Position numbers and translations under genes: made by a program | Assembly: GCF_001194135.2 (NCBI RefSeq) | Contig: NC_068984.1 | Span: 144,144,556 to 144,193,509 of the forward strand | Direction of reading: 5' to 3' | Length of the DNA stretch: 48,954 nucleotides | DNA from: Octopus bimaculoides | Taxonomy: Eukaryota | In this document: in pieces, positions 10,091-22,674 of the stretch | Layout of the letters: every line of letters begins with the position of its first letter | Numbering within the stretch: position 1 is the stretch's first letter | Notes under the pieces: model-generated | What the model saw: the letters and a program-made list of their open reading frames with translations, nothing else | Database searches by the model: none | What the model was told of the DNA's origin: nothing

Positions 10091-12779
10091 GCTGGACTTA
10101 AATCTCTATACCAAAGCATTATATCGTGTATGTATGTATGTATGTATGTATGTACATCAGATTACTAGTGCTTCTGGTAACATGTAACGCAGTACAACCT
10201 GCCGCATGATCGAGCTGTCAGCGACTAAACCGGCAACCCTATCGAGCCTGCTTGGTAAGGTGGAGGATTTTCGTTGGACACCCAGCAGGACGAAAAGGAA
10301 AACTAAAAAAAAAACAAAAACGGATGAACTCAATAGAGTCAACGGCTAAACAACAGCTGGGGGTGAGAGACCCCTTAGTTTCTTCTTGGACAAGGAAAAC
10401 ACTGATACGACACCTGCAACTTTGTTTGTATCACTGTCCCCCGCTTCCGTTCGGGGACATAGAAATACCGGATGTAACGCCCAGGCGCGCGATAAACCGG
10501 GGGAAATGTCATTGCCTAAACATCCGTTGAAGCAAATATCAATAATGAAATTCCGAAATAACAGCCACCTCGTTGTAAAACCGGAGACGTTGGTCTTACT
10601 TGTTTCTGGACTCTCACCTGGCTTTGTAGGTGAGAGTCTTAGCGACGTTGTGCAAGCTGTTAGTGACTTAAAACTTCAGCACGGCCATTGCTAACCGCCA
10701 TTGTCTTAAACATCCAGGATAAATTGTCAGTGACGATCATGCTCGTCTAACGAGTTGACAGCCACTATGTATGTATGTATGTATGTATGTGTGTGTGTGT
10801 GTGTGTGTCCACTCGTGTGTGTGAGAATATATTCGCCTGTCTATATCGATACTTCAGTTTACAGCATCGCTTTCACATTGATTGAAGCCAAGCAATATCA
10901 CCGTAATAAACCTTCAATCAGAGCCATGATGTTTATTGTTTTAATTTTTTTTTTTTTGCCTTTCCTCTTATCTTTAATGCTTTCAATTAAGAAGCTTGTT
11001 GTTATTGTCGTTGTCCTAATGATCTTAAAATACGTGATTCGATTTTTTTTGTAAAGGACTCACAACAGAGACACTAGCAAGTATGACACAAAGTTCGCTC
11101 GTCACACTTTAAAAGCGAAAACAAAAAGATAAATAATTCTAATAAATTTGGAATAATTACGAAGATATATATATATACACACACATAGATAGATAGATAG
11201 ATAGATAGATAGACAGGTAAAACTTACTTGGAAATGGATGCGTGGCGTTCGATCATATATAAATAATATATATGCATATATACATACATATATGTACATA
11301 CCTACATAAGTATATATACATGCATATATAGGTACAGGACGTCAAAAAAACGTGAACAAAATGAGAAACGAGAACATAAAAAACAAAAACATGGAAAACG
11401 AACAACGAAAGAAACGAGACAGACAACATAAAGAACAATCCCTTCATCACATATGTGTGTGTGAGAGAGAGAGAGAGAGAGNNNNNNNNNNNNNNNNNNN
11501 NNNNNNNNNNNNNNNNNNNNNNNNNNNNNNNNNNNNNNNNNNNNNNNNNNNNNNNNNNNNNNNNNNNNNNNNNNNNNNNNNNNNNNNNNNNAAAATGATT
11601 TTTTTATAATTATTATATTTAAAGATTTAACCGGTTTCACAGTTTACGCTGATTTTCAAAAAGTTGAAATAGAAAGACGTGGCTTCTGTCGTAGCTGTCC
11701 GGTTTCTGGGTAGTGCTTGAAGCTTGCCCCTTTTTTATAGGGAGTTCATGACTCAAATCGATACGTTTTGAATAGGACCTGATTGGTAGAGGATAGTTGC
11801 ATGACTGGTCTTAGAAATTTTTATAGGTTCCCCGCTACGTCCGTGTGTTAGTATCAAGTGACAATGTTTGGCGTCGTAAGTTAAGGCTGACACGGTTGAC
11901 TGAACATGTTTGTAGAGGGACTGAACCCAGGACCATGTGGTTGGGAAAGATGCCTCCTACCACACACCCACGCCAGGAACATTAATCATAACTACCAAAC
12001 GAAAAATTGGATAAAGTTATATTTTTGACGAATTAGCAAGCGTTACTGAAATTTTCCCCAGTAAGTTCTGGGGATAGGGTTAAGTCGATTACATCAATCC
12101 CTCTGTTCAAATGGTACTTATTTTTATTGACCCCGAAAGCATGAAAGGCGAAGTCGACCTCGGAGGAGTTCGAACTTAGAACGTAAAGACGGACGATATA
12201 TTGCAAACGATTTTACCCAGCGATCTAACGAGTCTCTGCCAGTTCGCTGCCTTTGTCACAATTATAACATTGGTGAACTTATATCATCTCAGCTCAAACA
12301 TTTCGACAGATGAGTTTACTGAAAGATTGCTCGTTTTTTTGGGGTTTTTTTTTGTTTTTTGTTATCATATTTATCTCAGCTGAGTAGGAACGAATGAGTT
12401 ATTTTACGATGTTATAAAACTACAGCTGTGTGTTGACTATGTGTTGGGGGTGTTTGAAAATGAAGTCTTTTCTTATGTAGTGACAGGAACTATGTGAGTT
12501 GTAGCTTAAAATGTATCCGTTGCATGTCCAAGTGGTCTTTTATTTGTTTGCATTTTGGTTTCGTTGTGTAACTAGTCAGTATATCCAGTGGTCAGTGTAT
12601 GCAGTGGTCAGTGTATCGGGTCTGTGCATGTGGTCTCTTATATTCAACATGTTACGATGTTTAGTGCACCGGTTTGTATTCGTCGTTGTTTATTTCTGTT
12701 GGCTGAATGTTGGTCTTGTGGTCGTTCTCAGTATATCTCTGTACCGTTTATTAAATGTGATGTTTTGTAGTATTTGATG

Positions 12780-13000
12780 CTTTATGTTGTAGTTTTTGTT
12801 AATAAGGAGGGAAACACTGGATTCGTTGTGGTGGAATCAGATTTTTCGGGTTTCTTGGGGATAAATGTAGACCTGGAATCATTGTGTAGCAGTGCCTGGA
12901 GAATTAATGATCGAGATGTGATTGTGATGTCATCTGTATGGTGTAATGAGGTCGGCTGTGTATTTCGTGGAGATGTGGAAATGTCCCGGAAGCAAAAGAT
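12780..13000 (-). mobile_element. Heavily decayed LINE RT remnant
   Basis: HHTDDITITS resembles YADDITI, with PEKS-like sequence downstream. Weak. Confidence 0.35.
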
Positions 13001-13612
13001 TGAAAACAAAATGGGCGAAAGGATGGATCCCGGAAGTATTCCATTCGGGATATTTCAAGCATTTCTTTCGGCTCTTTGCGTTCTGAGTTCAAACCCCACC
13101 GAGGTCAACTTTGCCTTTTATGAGTTTGGGATCAATAAAATAGTCAAGTGCTGGGGTCGCTGTAATCACCAGATCCCCTCCCCTCAAAACTGCTTACTTT
13201 GGACCTTGCAATAGACTGACGTCCAATTCAGCGAGGAGTTGTGACTTTGGTCACTTCTAAGCCATGGAAATCGGGTAATTGGCACAATGAGTGCAAGGGC
13301 TCAAGAAGAAATTTTGTATACACTGTATAAGGAAAACGAAGCAAAAACAAAGATGGTCACGGCTGGAAAGCCTTTTGATCATGGATCCATTTGATCAGAA
13401 CTGGTCTGAAGCTAAACAACATCCGCAGCATCTTCAGAGAAGATGAGATAAAGTGAGATGTCATCAATGGATCAAATGAAATGAATTGATGAGTTATTTG
13501 GTGGAACTGAAGAGAACGATGGAAATGAGAATGGAAAGCGTTGAAATGGAGGAGGCAGAAGTGGAACAACATGGCCTCCAGCGTTGTCCGTGTTTACAGA
13601 AAGTGTCGGAGA

Positions 13613-13792
13613 TGCAGACGTGGCTGTGTGATAAGAAGTTTGCTTCGCAACCACATGGTTCCGGGTTCAGTCCCACTGTGTGGGTGACACCTTGGGCAAG
13701 TGTCTTCTACTTTAGCCTCGGGCAGACGAAAACCTTTTCAGTGGATTTGGCAGACGGAAACGGAAAGAAGCCCATTGGATGTGTGTACGTTT

Positions 13793-13828
<36 letters not shown>

Positions 13829-14030
13829 TATGTATTTGTCTTCCATCACCATTTGACAACCGGTTTTGGTGTGTTTGCATCCCTGTAACTTAGCAGTTCA
13901 GCAAAAGAAACCAACAGAATAAGAAGCAGGCTTAAAAAATAAGTCTCGAGGTCGATTTGTTTGACTAAAAGATTCTTGAAGGCGCTGCCCCAGCATGGCC
14001 GCAGTCTAATGACAAACAAATAAAAGATAA
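13613..14030 (+). mobile_element. Full-length tRNA-derived SINE with internal (GT)n (family B here)
   Basis: Head GTGGCTGTGTG...GGTTCAGTCCC, body CACCTTGGGCAAGTGTCTTCTACT, internal (GT)n, tail CCAGCATGGCCGCAGTCTAATGAC. The family recurs at least 8 times in the window. Confidence 0.85.
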
Positions 14031-15720
14031 AAGCTTATCCCACGGCCATCACCATGGAAAGGCGTCTCCATAGTTTCAGCTGATTTGGGGCAACATCGAG
14101 GCCCACATTCTGGAAGCTGCATCTTAATATGTATCTTATAATATATCAAGATGTGTTGATGAGAGAGAGAGGGGGGAGAGAAAGAGCGGGAGGGAAGGGG
14201 AGGAGGGGTAGGGAGAGACAGAGGGAGGTGAGAGGAAAGTAAGAGGAGGATATGAGAAAGAGAGAGTAAGAAAGTGGTAATCGACAAGGAGCGTCGATAT
14301 TCGATATTCGTTATCGATTCTCTCTCTCTCTCTCTTTCTCTCTTTCAACACTGAACTATAGATTGTAGATTGGACAGCAAGGAGGGAGGTAAGAAGTGGA
14401 GGATGAGGGGGAAGTTAGAGAGAAATGATTGATTTTTATCTTTTACTTGTTTCGATTAACCCCATGGCAACGGGGTTTTTTTTTTATCAGGTAACTAAGT
14501 TGCACTGACGGTAATCATCTCGGCTGAGATCAGCAATTAGTGCACGGCATTGCTTCGGTGTATATTTACGTTAACCCCTTTAAACTATGCACTGTTTAAG
14601 TAAATTGTCATCACTGAGAAGACCGTAAATTCAACGAACCTGGCGTAGCAGGATGCGATTGTTAATTCCGTGAAGGAGAAGAAGAATTTGCTGAACCTGT
14701 ACGAATTTGATAGGAAGTCGTAGTGGAAATGGTGGTTGAACCACCTAAACTGCTGCTGCTTTAAAAAAACAGGAAATTTGGTACAGTTTATTAACCCATT
14801 ACCTCCCATAATTCTATTAACTGGAATTTTTTTTATGAAACTTTGATTTCTAGCATAAAACAGCCTTAGAAACACACTGGAATGATCACAATAACATTTC
14901 AAAATAACATTTTAAATAGAAATAAGCAAGATATTGGGTGAAAAATTAGCAAACCTCATTTGAATATCAGAGAAATATACCTAGTAGATATAGCAAAAAG
15001 GTTACAAAGCGAACTCCTTCACCACACACCCATACNNNNNNNNNNNNNNNNNNNNNNNNNNNNNNNNNNNNNNNNNNNNNNNNNNNNNNNNNNNNNNNNN
15101 NNNNNNNNNNNNNNNNNNNNNNNNNNNNNNNNNNNNNNNNNNNNNNNGACTTGTCTGTCGGAAGGAACATTCCTCATCGCCTCACCGATCCTCTCAGACC
15201 TGCCAGATGACTGCAGGAATTGTAGAGAATCAAACATTCTGGTGAGGAAAAAAGGAAAAAAAAAACTGGGTGAATTGATTAGGGAGAGGAGGGATATGGG
15301 GGGAGGTGAGCAGAATATGATGACGGGAAGAGAGACCGATAATTACGAAATTTGTAATTTTTAAGTGATCTCATATGAGATCACTGGTAGGTAACGGGTT
15401 ATATTGTTGGAAACAAAAAACAGATGTTAAAAGAAACAGTTGTTAAAACAGAACAAAAACATGAATGTTAGATGTTGTGCTCAAACTGCTTTCCGTGGGC
15501 AGCTACACAACGACGTAGATTGTCAAGCTAAGCTGACCTCCAGTTGCCCTTTGGATGACTGCAAGCGGGATATTGTTCTGAGTTTCCACCAACACAGTTT
15601 TTAACGATCGTATGTCTATGACTTTTCCCCTCTGTAATTGAAGCTGATGTAACAGTAAAGCCCACATGGTAAAATCCATTACGTTATGGTAGTCAATTTT
15701 TTTAGTTAATTGATAAAGTA

Positions 15721-15860
15721 AAATACGGTAGAATACATGGTAGAATATATGGTAGAATATATGGTAAAATACATGTGTAGAATACATGTGTAAAATATAT
15801 GGTAAAATACATGTGTAGAATACATGTGTAAAATATATGGTAAAATACATGTGTAAAATA
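15721..15860. repeat. Minisatellite of 12-13-bp units (GGTAGAATATAT / GTGTAAAATACAT)
   Basis: About 11 tandem units visible directly. Confidence 0.9.
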
Positions 15861-16149
15861 CATTATGTAAATCTAAAATTTCCTGTTTTTTTGTGGGGCA
15901 CTCTGTATTATGGTGATGAAGTCTCGGAACTGAGTTGGAAATATTTACATGAAGAGTCTAAGAAACCTATCAGATTCTTTGAAATCTGTGCGGTGGCCTC
16001 TATTATCGATTCCGTTAGTGGTAGCGGATATTTATATCAACCGATACACAAACGGGTACAAAACCGCAGCAGACAGGGCTTTGCGTATATTTTCGTCATC
16101 TCATTCAAAGTGAGGATACAGCGCACATAAATTGACGTCAAATGATGTT

Positions 16150-16350
16150 ATGGGGTTAATGAAACGTGGCCATACTGGAGCACTCTATTTGAAGGCTTTT
16201 AGTCGAACAAATCGACCTTAGAACATATTTTTCATTTTTTAATCAGATACTTATTCTATCGGTCGCTTTTGCTGAACCGCTATGTTATGGGAATGCAAAC
16301 AAACCAACACTGGCTGTCAAGCGGAGAAGGGGTCACATACACATGCACAG

Positions 16351-16386
<36 letters not shown>

Positions 16387-16542
16387 CAGGTTTCTACACA
16401 GTTTCCGTCTACCGAATTCACTCACAAGCCATTGATTAGTCCAAGGGCTATAGTAACAGACACTCGCCCGAGGTGCTGTGCAGTGGGACTGAACCCAAAA
16501 CCACGAGATCACAAAGCGAACTCCTTCACCACACATCCATAC
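16150..16542 (-). mobile_element. Family B SINE
   Basis: Reverse complement of the family B head, (CA)n and tail. Confidence 0.8.
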
Positions 16543-17899
16543 CTCATGTAGCTTTTTTTTTTTTTTTTACTTATGTCTGTCGGAAGGAACATTCCTCATC
16601 GCCTCACCGATCCTCTCAGACCTGCCAGATGACTGCAGGGATTGCAGGGAACCAAACATTCTGGTGAGGAAAAAAGGAAAAAAAAAACTGGGTGAATTGA
16701 TTAGGGAGAGGAGGGATATGGGGGGGGGGAGCAGAATATGATGACGAGAAGAGAGACAAGTGGAATGGGATACAAAACTCGCCAGTTCTGCAGAGCAGAG
16801 GCCGTTGTAGTAGCAGTACGGTATAATCCTTTCTAATCTAGGCACAAGGCCTGAAATTTAGGGGGCGTGGTAAGTCGATTACATCGGCACAAGTACTCAA
16901 CTGGTACTTAATTTATCGATCCCGAAAGGATGAAAGGCAAAGTCGACCTCAACGAAATTTGAACTCAGAACGTAGCGGCTGTAGAAAATAATATGTAGAC
17001 GTCAGTATGTCTGTGGGTCAGAGACTGAAGCCTGTGAGTGAGTGATTTTATATCAGTCAGTCGGGTGACCCTTTTGGGGTGGATGTCGTCAAGGATGTCT
17101 CTGTGTACAGTAACAGCACTGCCCTTAATGTCGAGCGGTGTTGTGACTGTACAATGGACCTTGGCTGCGTTTCGTAGAAGGTCGGTAATTGTTAAAGAGT
17201 TGAAGAATATTCTAACATTGAAAAGAAAAGCCATTCTTTCAGGATGGTTCTAAGGATGTGTGCTCGCCTGGAGAAACCCTCGGTGATAATGAGGCCCGAC
17301 TTTTGGAAAGATTGTGAGTAAAACTGTGACTAGACATCTTGGAGGAATTGAATGGTTACGGTTTTGTTGTGTGGGGGATGTGAAGAGACTTGTCTAAGAG
17401 AAAAGTTTCAAACACAAACTTGTTTCTAGTAAATCAAAAATGAAGTATATGAAAATTCCGGTGCATCGAACAATCAGCTAATTGCCATAAGGCTTGGAGT
17501 GGTGGGTGGGGACCGTTGTGTTGAATAGTTGTGATAAGGCAGTGGTCGAACGAAGGCGGCAGAGGGCTGGCAAAATCGTTAGCAGGTCGGACAAATTGCA
17601 TAGTTGCATTTCTTCCGGCATGTTGCGATGTGAGTTCAAATCTCGCCGCAGTCAACTTTACTTTTCAGGGGAGATAAAATAAAGCAGCAGTCAAGTATTG
17701 CGATTGGTATAATCGATTTGTCACTCGACCCTCAAAATTACTGGCCTTGGATCTTGCGACGAATCGGCGTCCTATTCAGGGAGATGGGTGTTGTGGTCTC
17801 TGTCACTTCTACATCAGGGAAACCGAGTGACCACCGTTATGAGCCCTGAAGCTCAAGAAAATAAGGGATCGGACAACCCCTTATAAGGTGCAGCAACTG

Positions 17900-18170
17900 T
17901 TATGGTCTGGCGTAGAGTGGGTTTGGAGGTGAAAAAGAGATCGCGTGTGTTTAGGGTATTCGTGCATCTGCCAAGGGTGAAGCAAAATGATGGCAGAAGT
18001 TTGAAAATGGTAAAAATATTCCACTTCTGCACCAGCGGTATTAGTATGGGGTGAGTGTGGAATCCCAGAGGAGTTGACTGGGTTGTCGTGATCGACGATG
18101 ATGAGACAGGAGAGAGGTGAAGTGAGGCCTATGTCCTCGATCAGGAGGAGATGTGATCGGAAGGCTTTCG
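17900..18170 (-). mobile_element. Possible decayed AP-endonuclease region of a LINE
   Basis: IIVDHDN....G..SPHTNTAGAEVE resembles II.GDFN.H...WGS..TN.RG..LE. Weak. Confidence 0.3.
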
Positions 18171-18419
18171 GTGATTGGAAGACTTCCAAGAGCAACGGAG
18201 GAAAGAAATGCGTTTGGATGGTGGAGTTGCGAGTCTTGCGAGCTGCATGGTGACCTCATAAGAGCTGGTGGCACGTAAAAAAAAAGCACCCAGTACTCGC
18301 TGTAAAGTGGTTGACATTAGGAAGGGCATCCAGCCGTAGAAAACCATACCAGAGCAAAAACTGGAGCGTAGGTCCATCAGATCCTGTCAAACCATCCAAC
18401 TTGTGCCAGTATGGAACAT

Positions 18420-18764
18420 GGACGGGATCTATTTCAAAACGGGGGCACCAGTTTTCATTTATGTTTTATGTAGTGTTTTTGGTACCGAAAGACTTTCAAA
18501 CTTCGTATACTTATTTATTTTGTTATAGAACAGAAAAAATTTTTGTATTCGAATTTATTTCATGTAAAAAATTGTTTTATTTCGATAATTTCTACTAATC
18601 ACTGACGTCTATTCAGTTGAAAACAGTTAGCGCTGTAACGGTGTATATCGTATTAATCCCCTAACCCTAACCCTAACTAGACTGTTAACCCTAACCCTAA
18701 CTCTAGAATCCGAACTCTAAAATTGTTACACACATAGATACGCACAGCGTAATTTATTATATAA
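18420..18764 (-). mobile_element. Interspersed element with internal (CCCTAA)n, possibly a non-autonomous Helitron-like element
   Basis: CCCTAACCCTAACCCTAAC at about 18659-18700 in an interstitial position. The minus-strand start next to the gap reads TTATATAATAAATTACGC. Confidence 0.35.
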
Positions 18765-19421
18765 NNNNNNNNNNNNNNNNNNNNNNNNNNNNNNNNNNNN
18801 NNNNNNNNNNNNNNNNNNNNNNNNNNNNNNNNNNNNNNNNNNNNNNNNNNNNNNNNNNNNNNNNNNNNNNNNNNNNNNNNNNNNNNNNNNNNNNNNNNNN
18901 NNNNNNNNNNNNNNNNNNNNNNNNNNNNNNNNNNNNNNNNNNNNNNNNNNNNNNNNNNNNNNNNNNNNNNNNNNNNNNNNNNNNNNNNNNNNNNNNNNNN
19001 NNNNNNNNNNNNNNNNNNNNNNNNNNNNNNNNNNNNNNNNNNNNNNNNNNNNNNNNNNNNNNNNNNNNNNNNNNNNNNNNNNNNNNNNNNNNNNNNNNNN
19101 NNNNNNNNNNNNNNNNNNNNNNNNNNNNNNNNNNNNNNNNNNNNNNNNNNNNNNNNNNNNNNNNNNNNNNNNNNNNNNNNNNNNNNNNNNNNNNNNNNNN
19201 NNNNNNNNNNNNNNNNNNNNNNNNNNNNNNNNNNNNNNNNNNNNNNNNNNNNNNNNNNNNNNNNNNNNNNNNNNNNNNNNNNNNNNNNNNNNNNNNNNNN
19301 NNNNNNNNNNNNNNNNNNNNNNNNNNNNNNNNNNNNNNNNNNNNNNNNNNNNNNNNNNNNNNNNNNNNNNNNNNNNNNNNNNNNNNNNNNNNNNNNNNNN
19401 NNNNNNNNNNNNNNNNNNNNN
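18765..19421. other. Assembly gap (N run). Other gaps: 11482-11591, 15036-15147, 31598-31607, 34256-34684, 39294-39303, 41708-41717
   Basis: Runs of n in the sequence. Confidence 1.
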
Positions 19422-20012
19422 GGGGGTTGAGAAATATGTGCCTTAGAAAGGGAGAGGGTGGGGGCTCATGTGTTACTAAGAAAGAGTGTGGCGTGTAAGG
19501 GTCATATGGAGCCTTACAGGAAAGGGAGAATAAACAGCGGGTTTCTTTGTAGGTTTAAGGGAAAGATAAAGGATAATGATGGGTCGAGAGGTCGTGCAAA
19601 CACCCTGTAAGGGTGTTTAAGGGGTATGTGGATAGTGTTAAACCGAAGCAGTATGTTGTTGAACCCCAGGTCAGCACTGATCGACAAAACCCGTAATCAA
19701 CGACAATCAAGCCGTGGCCACACCACCTTTCATTTTATACTCCGGACTCGATCATCCAAGTACCTCTTTATAAGATGGTCGGGCATGGTTGGAAGGAAAA
19801 TGACAGGGGCTGTTGCTGTCGTCGTTGTTTAAGCTCGGCCGGTCCAGCCTTAATCGGGTGGACCTATGATCGAAGAGTTCTAACCATGACCATCCCAACT
19901 GTTAAAGAAGGTGTCTGACTACACTGTCTAAGGTGTTCTCTCATTTTTCTAAGGCAGTGTGGTTTAGTTTGAGAGATTTGGCTGCTATTATGTGTTGAAT
20001 GACCGTATAGAG

Positions 20013-20769
20013 CAGGGGTCACCAAAGAATGTCCGAGGGAACCCCTGGGGATCGGTGAACAATTACAGGGAGGTCGATGATAGCCAAGGGGTCGAATGGG
20101 GGTCGGCGTTCTAAAGACCAGCTCACCCAGATGAACTTCTTGAAATGCTTAGTCAGCGCCATGAAACGTAGGAAAACCTGATAAATGTCCACTGCAGCGA
20201 GAAGTCTGCTGTTGCTAACGTTCGAGGCCTGATATCGCAATCTGTCTCGTAATCGAAGATTGAAGGGATGCGGACTGTCAAGTGTTTGCTTATAGAAATT
20301 TCTCGAACCTGGAGGAACGAGGTGATTCGAGAGTGAAACTGACCAGCATTCAGCCTGATGTCAATGCCTTGATTCAGGATCGCCATGCCCATCCCTCACA
20401 TTGATGTTGTCAATTTTAATAAAAGATATTCCAGCAATATGAGGCATTTTTCACATTTTCGAACCGTGAAAACAATTTCATAAAAATCTAAAGTTTAATA
20501 CTGTAGACTCATACATGTAATTTTAAATGTAAGAAGTGTGACATCTTCAACAGAATTTCTTAATTTGTCATACGTGTATATTTTAGCTAAGATTTTAATT
20601 GCCAGCATCAGCACCCGGTACGCATTTAAGATATGGTATGGTAAGGTAGGTCATTAGGGTATTTTAAATGAGGAGGGTGGTTGATGCAGAAGGAGAAGTG
20701 GTTAAAGGGGGTCGATGTTGGAGAAGTGGATAAAGGGGGCCGATGGTCGAAATAGCTTGGCGACCCCTG
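20013..20769. mobile_element. Non-autonomous hAT (Charlie-like) DNA transposon
   Basis: TIRs CAGGGGTCACCAA / TTGGCGACCCCTG (12 of 13 match). 8-bp TSD GTATAGAG / GTACAGAG (7 of 8 match). Confidence 0.85.
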
Positions 20770-21124
20770 GTACAGAGTTTCCTTGATGAGCTGTTATTTC
20801 TAGCTATGTTGGTAAAAGGCGGAAGGAAGGAAGGAAGGTGCGATTTGGAGCAATGTCCAGAGCAATCACCTGATCACTGTTGAGATTGAGTGTTCTTATG
20901 GAAAGAGAAGAGAAAAACCAAAGATCATGAATTGTGTTGGCACTCTACATGCTTCCGTTTCTATAAATCGGCCAGTTTTAGAGACCTTGCAAGGAGTAAA
21001 GAAAAAGGCGACCCCAACTGGTATTGACCTCGAAACACAGAGGGGTCTAATCACATACACTCTACTTACACAGCCAACTGTATAAGAGGAATGTTTTCCT
21101 AAATAGACTTTAGTTCATGACTGG

Positions 21125-21247
21125 GTTAATGGCCATGTTATGTTGAAAACACTGGTTCTCGTCCGATCACTGAAGATGAGCGACGTCGAGCCGAGTTCGT
21201 ACTCAGATGGGTGACCTCTTGGGGTGACCTTTTGGGGCTGTAAACTT
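21125..21247 (+). pseudogene. 5S rRNA-derived pseudogene (or 5S head of a SINE3-like element)
   Basis: GGCCATGTTATGTTGAAAACACTGGTTCTCGTCCGATCACTGAAG...GCGACGTCGAGCC..GTT.GTACTCAGATGGGTGACC aligns by eye with invertebrate 5S rRNA over about 120 nt. It has many substitutions and a duplicated GGGTGACCTyTTGGG near the 3' end, and is isolated rather than arrayed. Confidence 0.85.
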
Positions 21248-21272
21248 ATTGCCCTTGTGGACAATAAAGAAA

Positions 21273-21404
21273 TAAGCTTGCTTCCCAACCACACGGTTCC
21301 AAGTTCACTCCCACTGCGTGGCACGTTGGGCACTTGTCTCCTACTGTAGCCTTTGGCCGACCAAAGCCTTGTGAGTAGATTTGGTAGACAAAAACTGAAG
21401 CCCG

Positions 21405-21501
<97 letters not shown>

Positions 21502-21710
21502 TTTGTATTTGTCCTCCACCTAACTGCTTGACAACCGGTGTTGGTGTATTTACATCCCCATAACTTAGCGGTTCGACAAAAAAAAACGATAGATTAAATA
21601 CCAGGCTTTAAGAAACGAAGTACTAGGTTCGATTCATTCGACTAAAAATTCTTCAAGGCGGTACTCCAGAACGGCCGCAGTCTAATGACTGAAACAAGTA
21701 AAAAAAAAAA
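21273..21710 (+). mobile_element. Family B SINE with a long (GT)n, directly downstream of the 5S-like sequence
   Basis: Same motifs as other family B copies; the first bases of the tRNA head are missing. Confidence 0.85.
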
Positions 21711-22011
21711 GAAATTGATAATTAGAAAAAGGAAATTATAACAGGTTAACATGCAGTTGACGGCCATAAAAAAGTGAAAGTAAATTGTCCTAAAAATAAT
21801 GAAAATTTCGATAGAAACCGGAAGGGACGATAGTGTCACCGGAAATTTCATAAAAGAACAAAGATGTCTCCCATTATGCTTCATCCACAGGCATTGACAT
21901 GGATCATAAATTCTAGTGATGTGTTCAGCATTTCAAAAGTAATGACTGTGGCACACCGTTCAAACTACACCGCAGAGATGTAAGATTAATTTCAGCTTAG
22001 ATATATATTTA

Positions 22012-22275
22012 TGTCTGGGGAAAATCATTATAAGCCTTATAATTTAACATACTCACCGGTAAAATTTCCACTTATTTCTTATTTTCATTTTCCTAGAATT
22101 TTCGTTGCGTCTTGCAGCCTTTTCAATAGTCGGCCCAAGGCTACAGTAGGAGACAGGACTATTGAAAAGGCTGCAAGACGCAACGAAAATTCTAGGAAAA
22201 TGAAAATAAGTGGAAATTTTACCAGTAAGTGTGTTAAATTATAAGGCATAAAAAGAGAATGACTCTCCCCAGACA
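22012..22275. mobile_element. Long palindromic (foldback/MITE-like) element
   Basis: Left arm 22012-22131 and right arm 22157-22275 are inverted copies, with the inner ~55 bp essentially perfect. Spacer is 25 nt; termini are TGTCTGGGGA / TCCCCAGACA. Confidence 0.9.
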
Positions 22276-22674
22276 CAACAGAATATGCTTCAACACACGA
22301 ACTCACATAAAGAATCTTGCAAACCAAATCCAAAACGAAATATAATTTTATGATTTTCATATTATATTAAATACAAAGGTGGGCACCGTTAATCAAAAAG
22401 TTAACTCCGTTAACCGTTAACCGTTAACCAAAAAATTAAATTCGATAAATGTTATCAATTCTTTAAAAATGTGACGGAAGTTATCGATAAACCGTTAACG
22501 TTAATTTTTATTATAGAAAAAAAATTAGTTTTTGCTCTAAAACCACCTAAAAAAGCATTTAAAAAGTGTCGGATTACCGTTTTATACGTCACATTGTTTA
22601 CATAGAATTATGAAATGTCACAGTCATCACTTCCGGTCTGTGTCGCTATTTACTTTCGATATTCTTGCGACAAT

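Larger units (their letters stand above)
15004..16757 (+). repeat. Local direct duplication: 15004-15336 and 16511-16757
   Basis: Shared ACAAAGCGAACTCCTTCACCACAC...TGTCTGTCGGAAGGAACATTCCTCATCGCCTCACCGATCC...GAGCAGAATATGATGACG.GAAGAGAGAC, with scattered substitutions. The first copy spans an N gap. Confidence 0.9.

Noticed and set aside
12774-13214. 146-aa plus-strand ORF
   Set aside because: It is antisense to a decayed RT-like remnant and runs into a SINE; no recognisable domain.
15721-15860. CRISPR-like array
   Set aside because: Contiguous tandem units with no unique spacers, eukaryotic context and no cas genes.
15004-16757. LTR retrotransposon (direct repeats as LTRs)
   Set aside because: No TG...CA termini, PBS, PPT, TSD or gag/pol sequence between the repeats.
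18659-18700. Telomere
   Set aside because: Only a few interrupted CCCTAA units inside an interspersed element, with genes on both sides.
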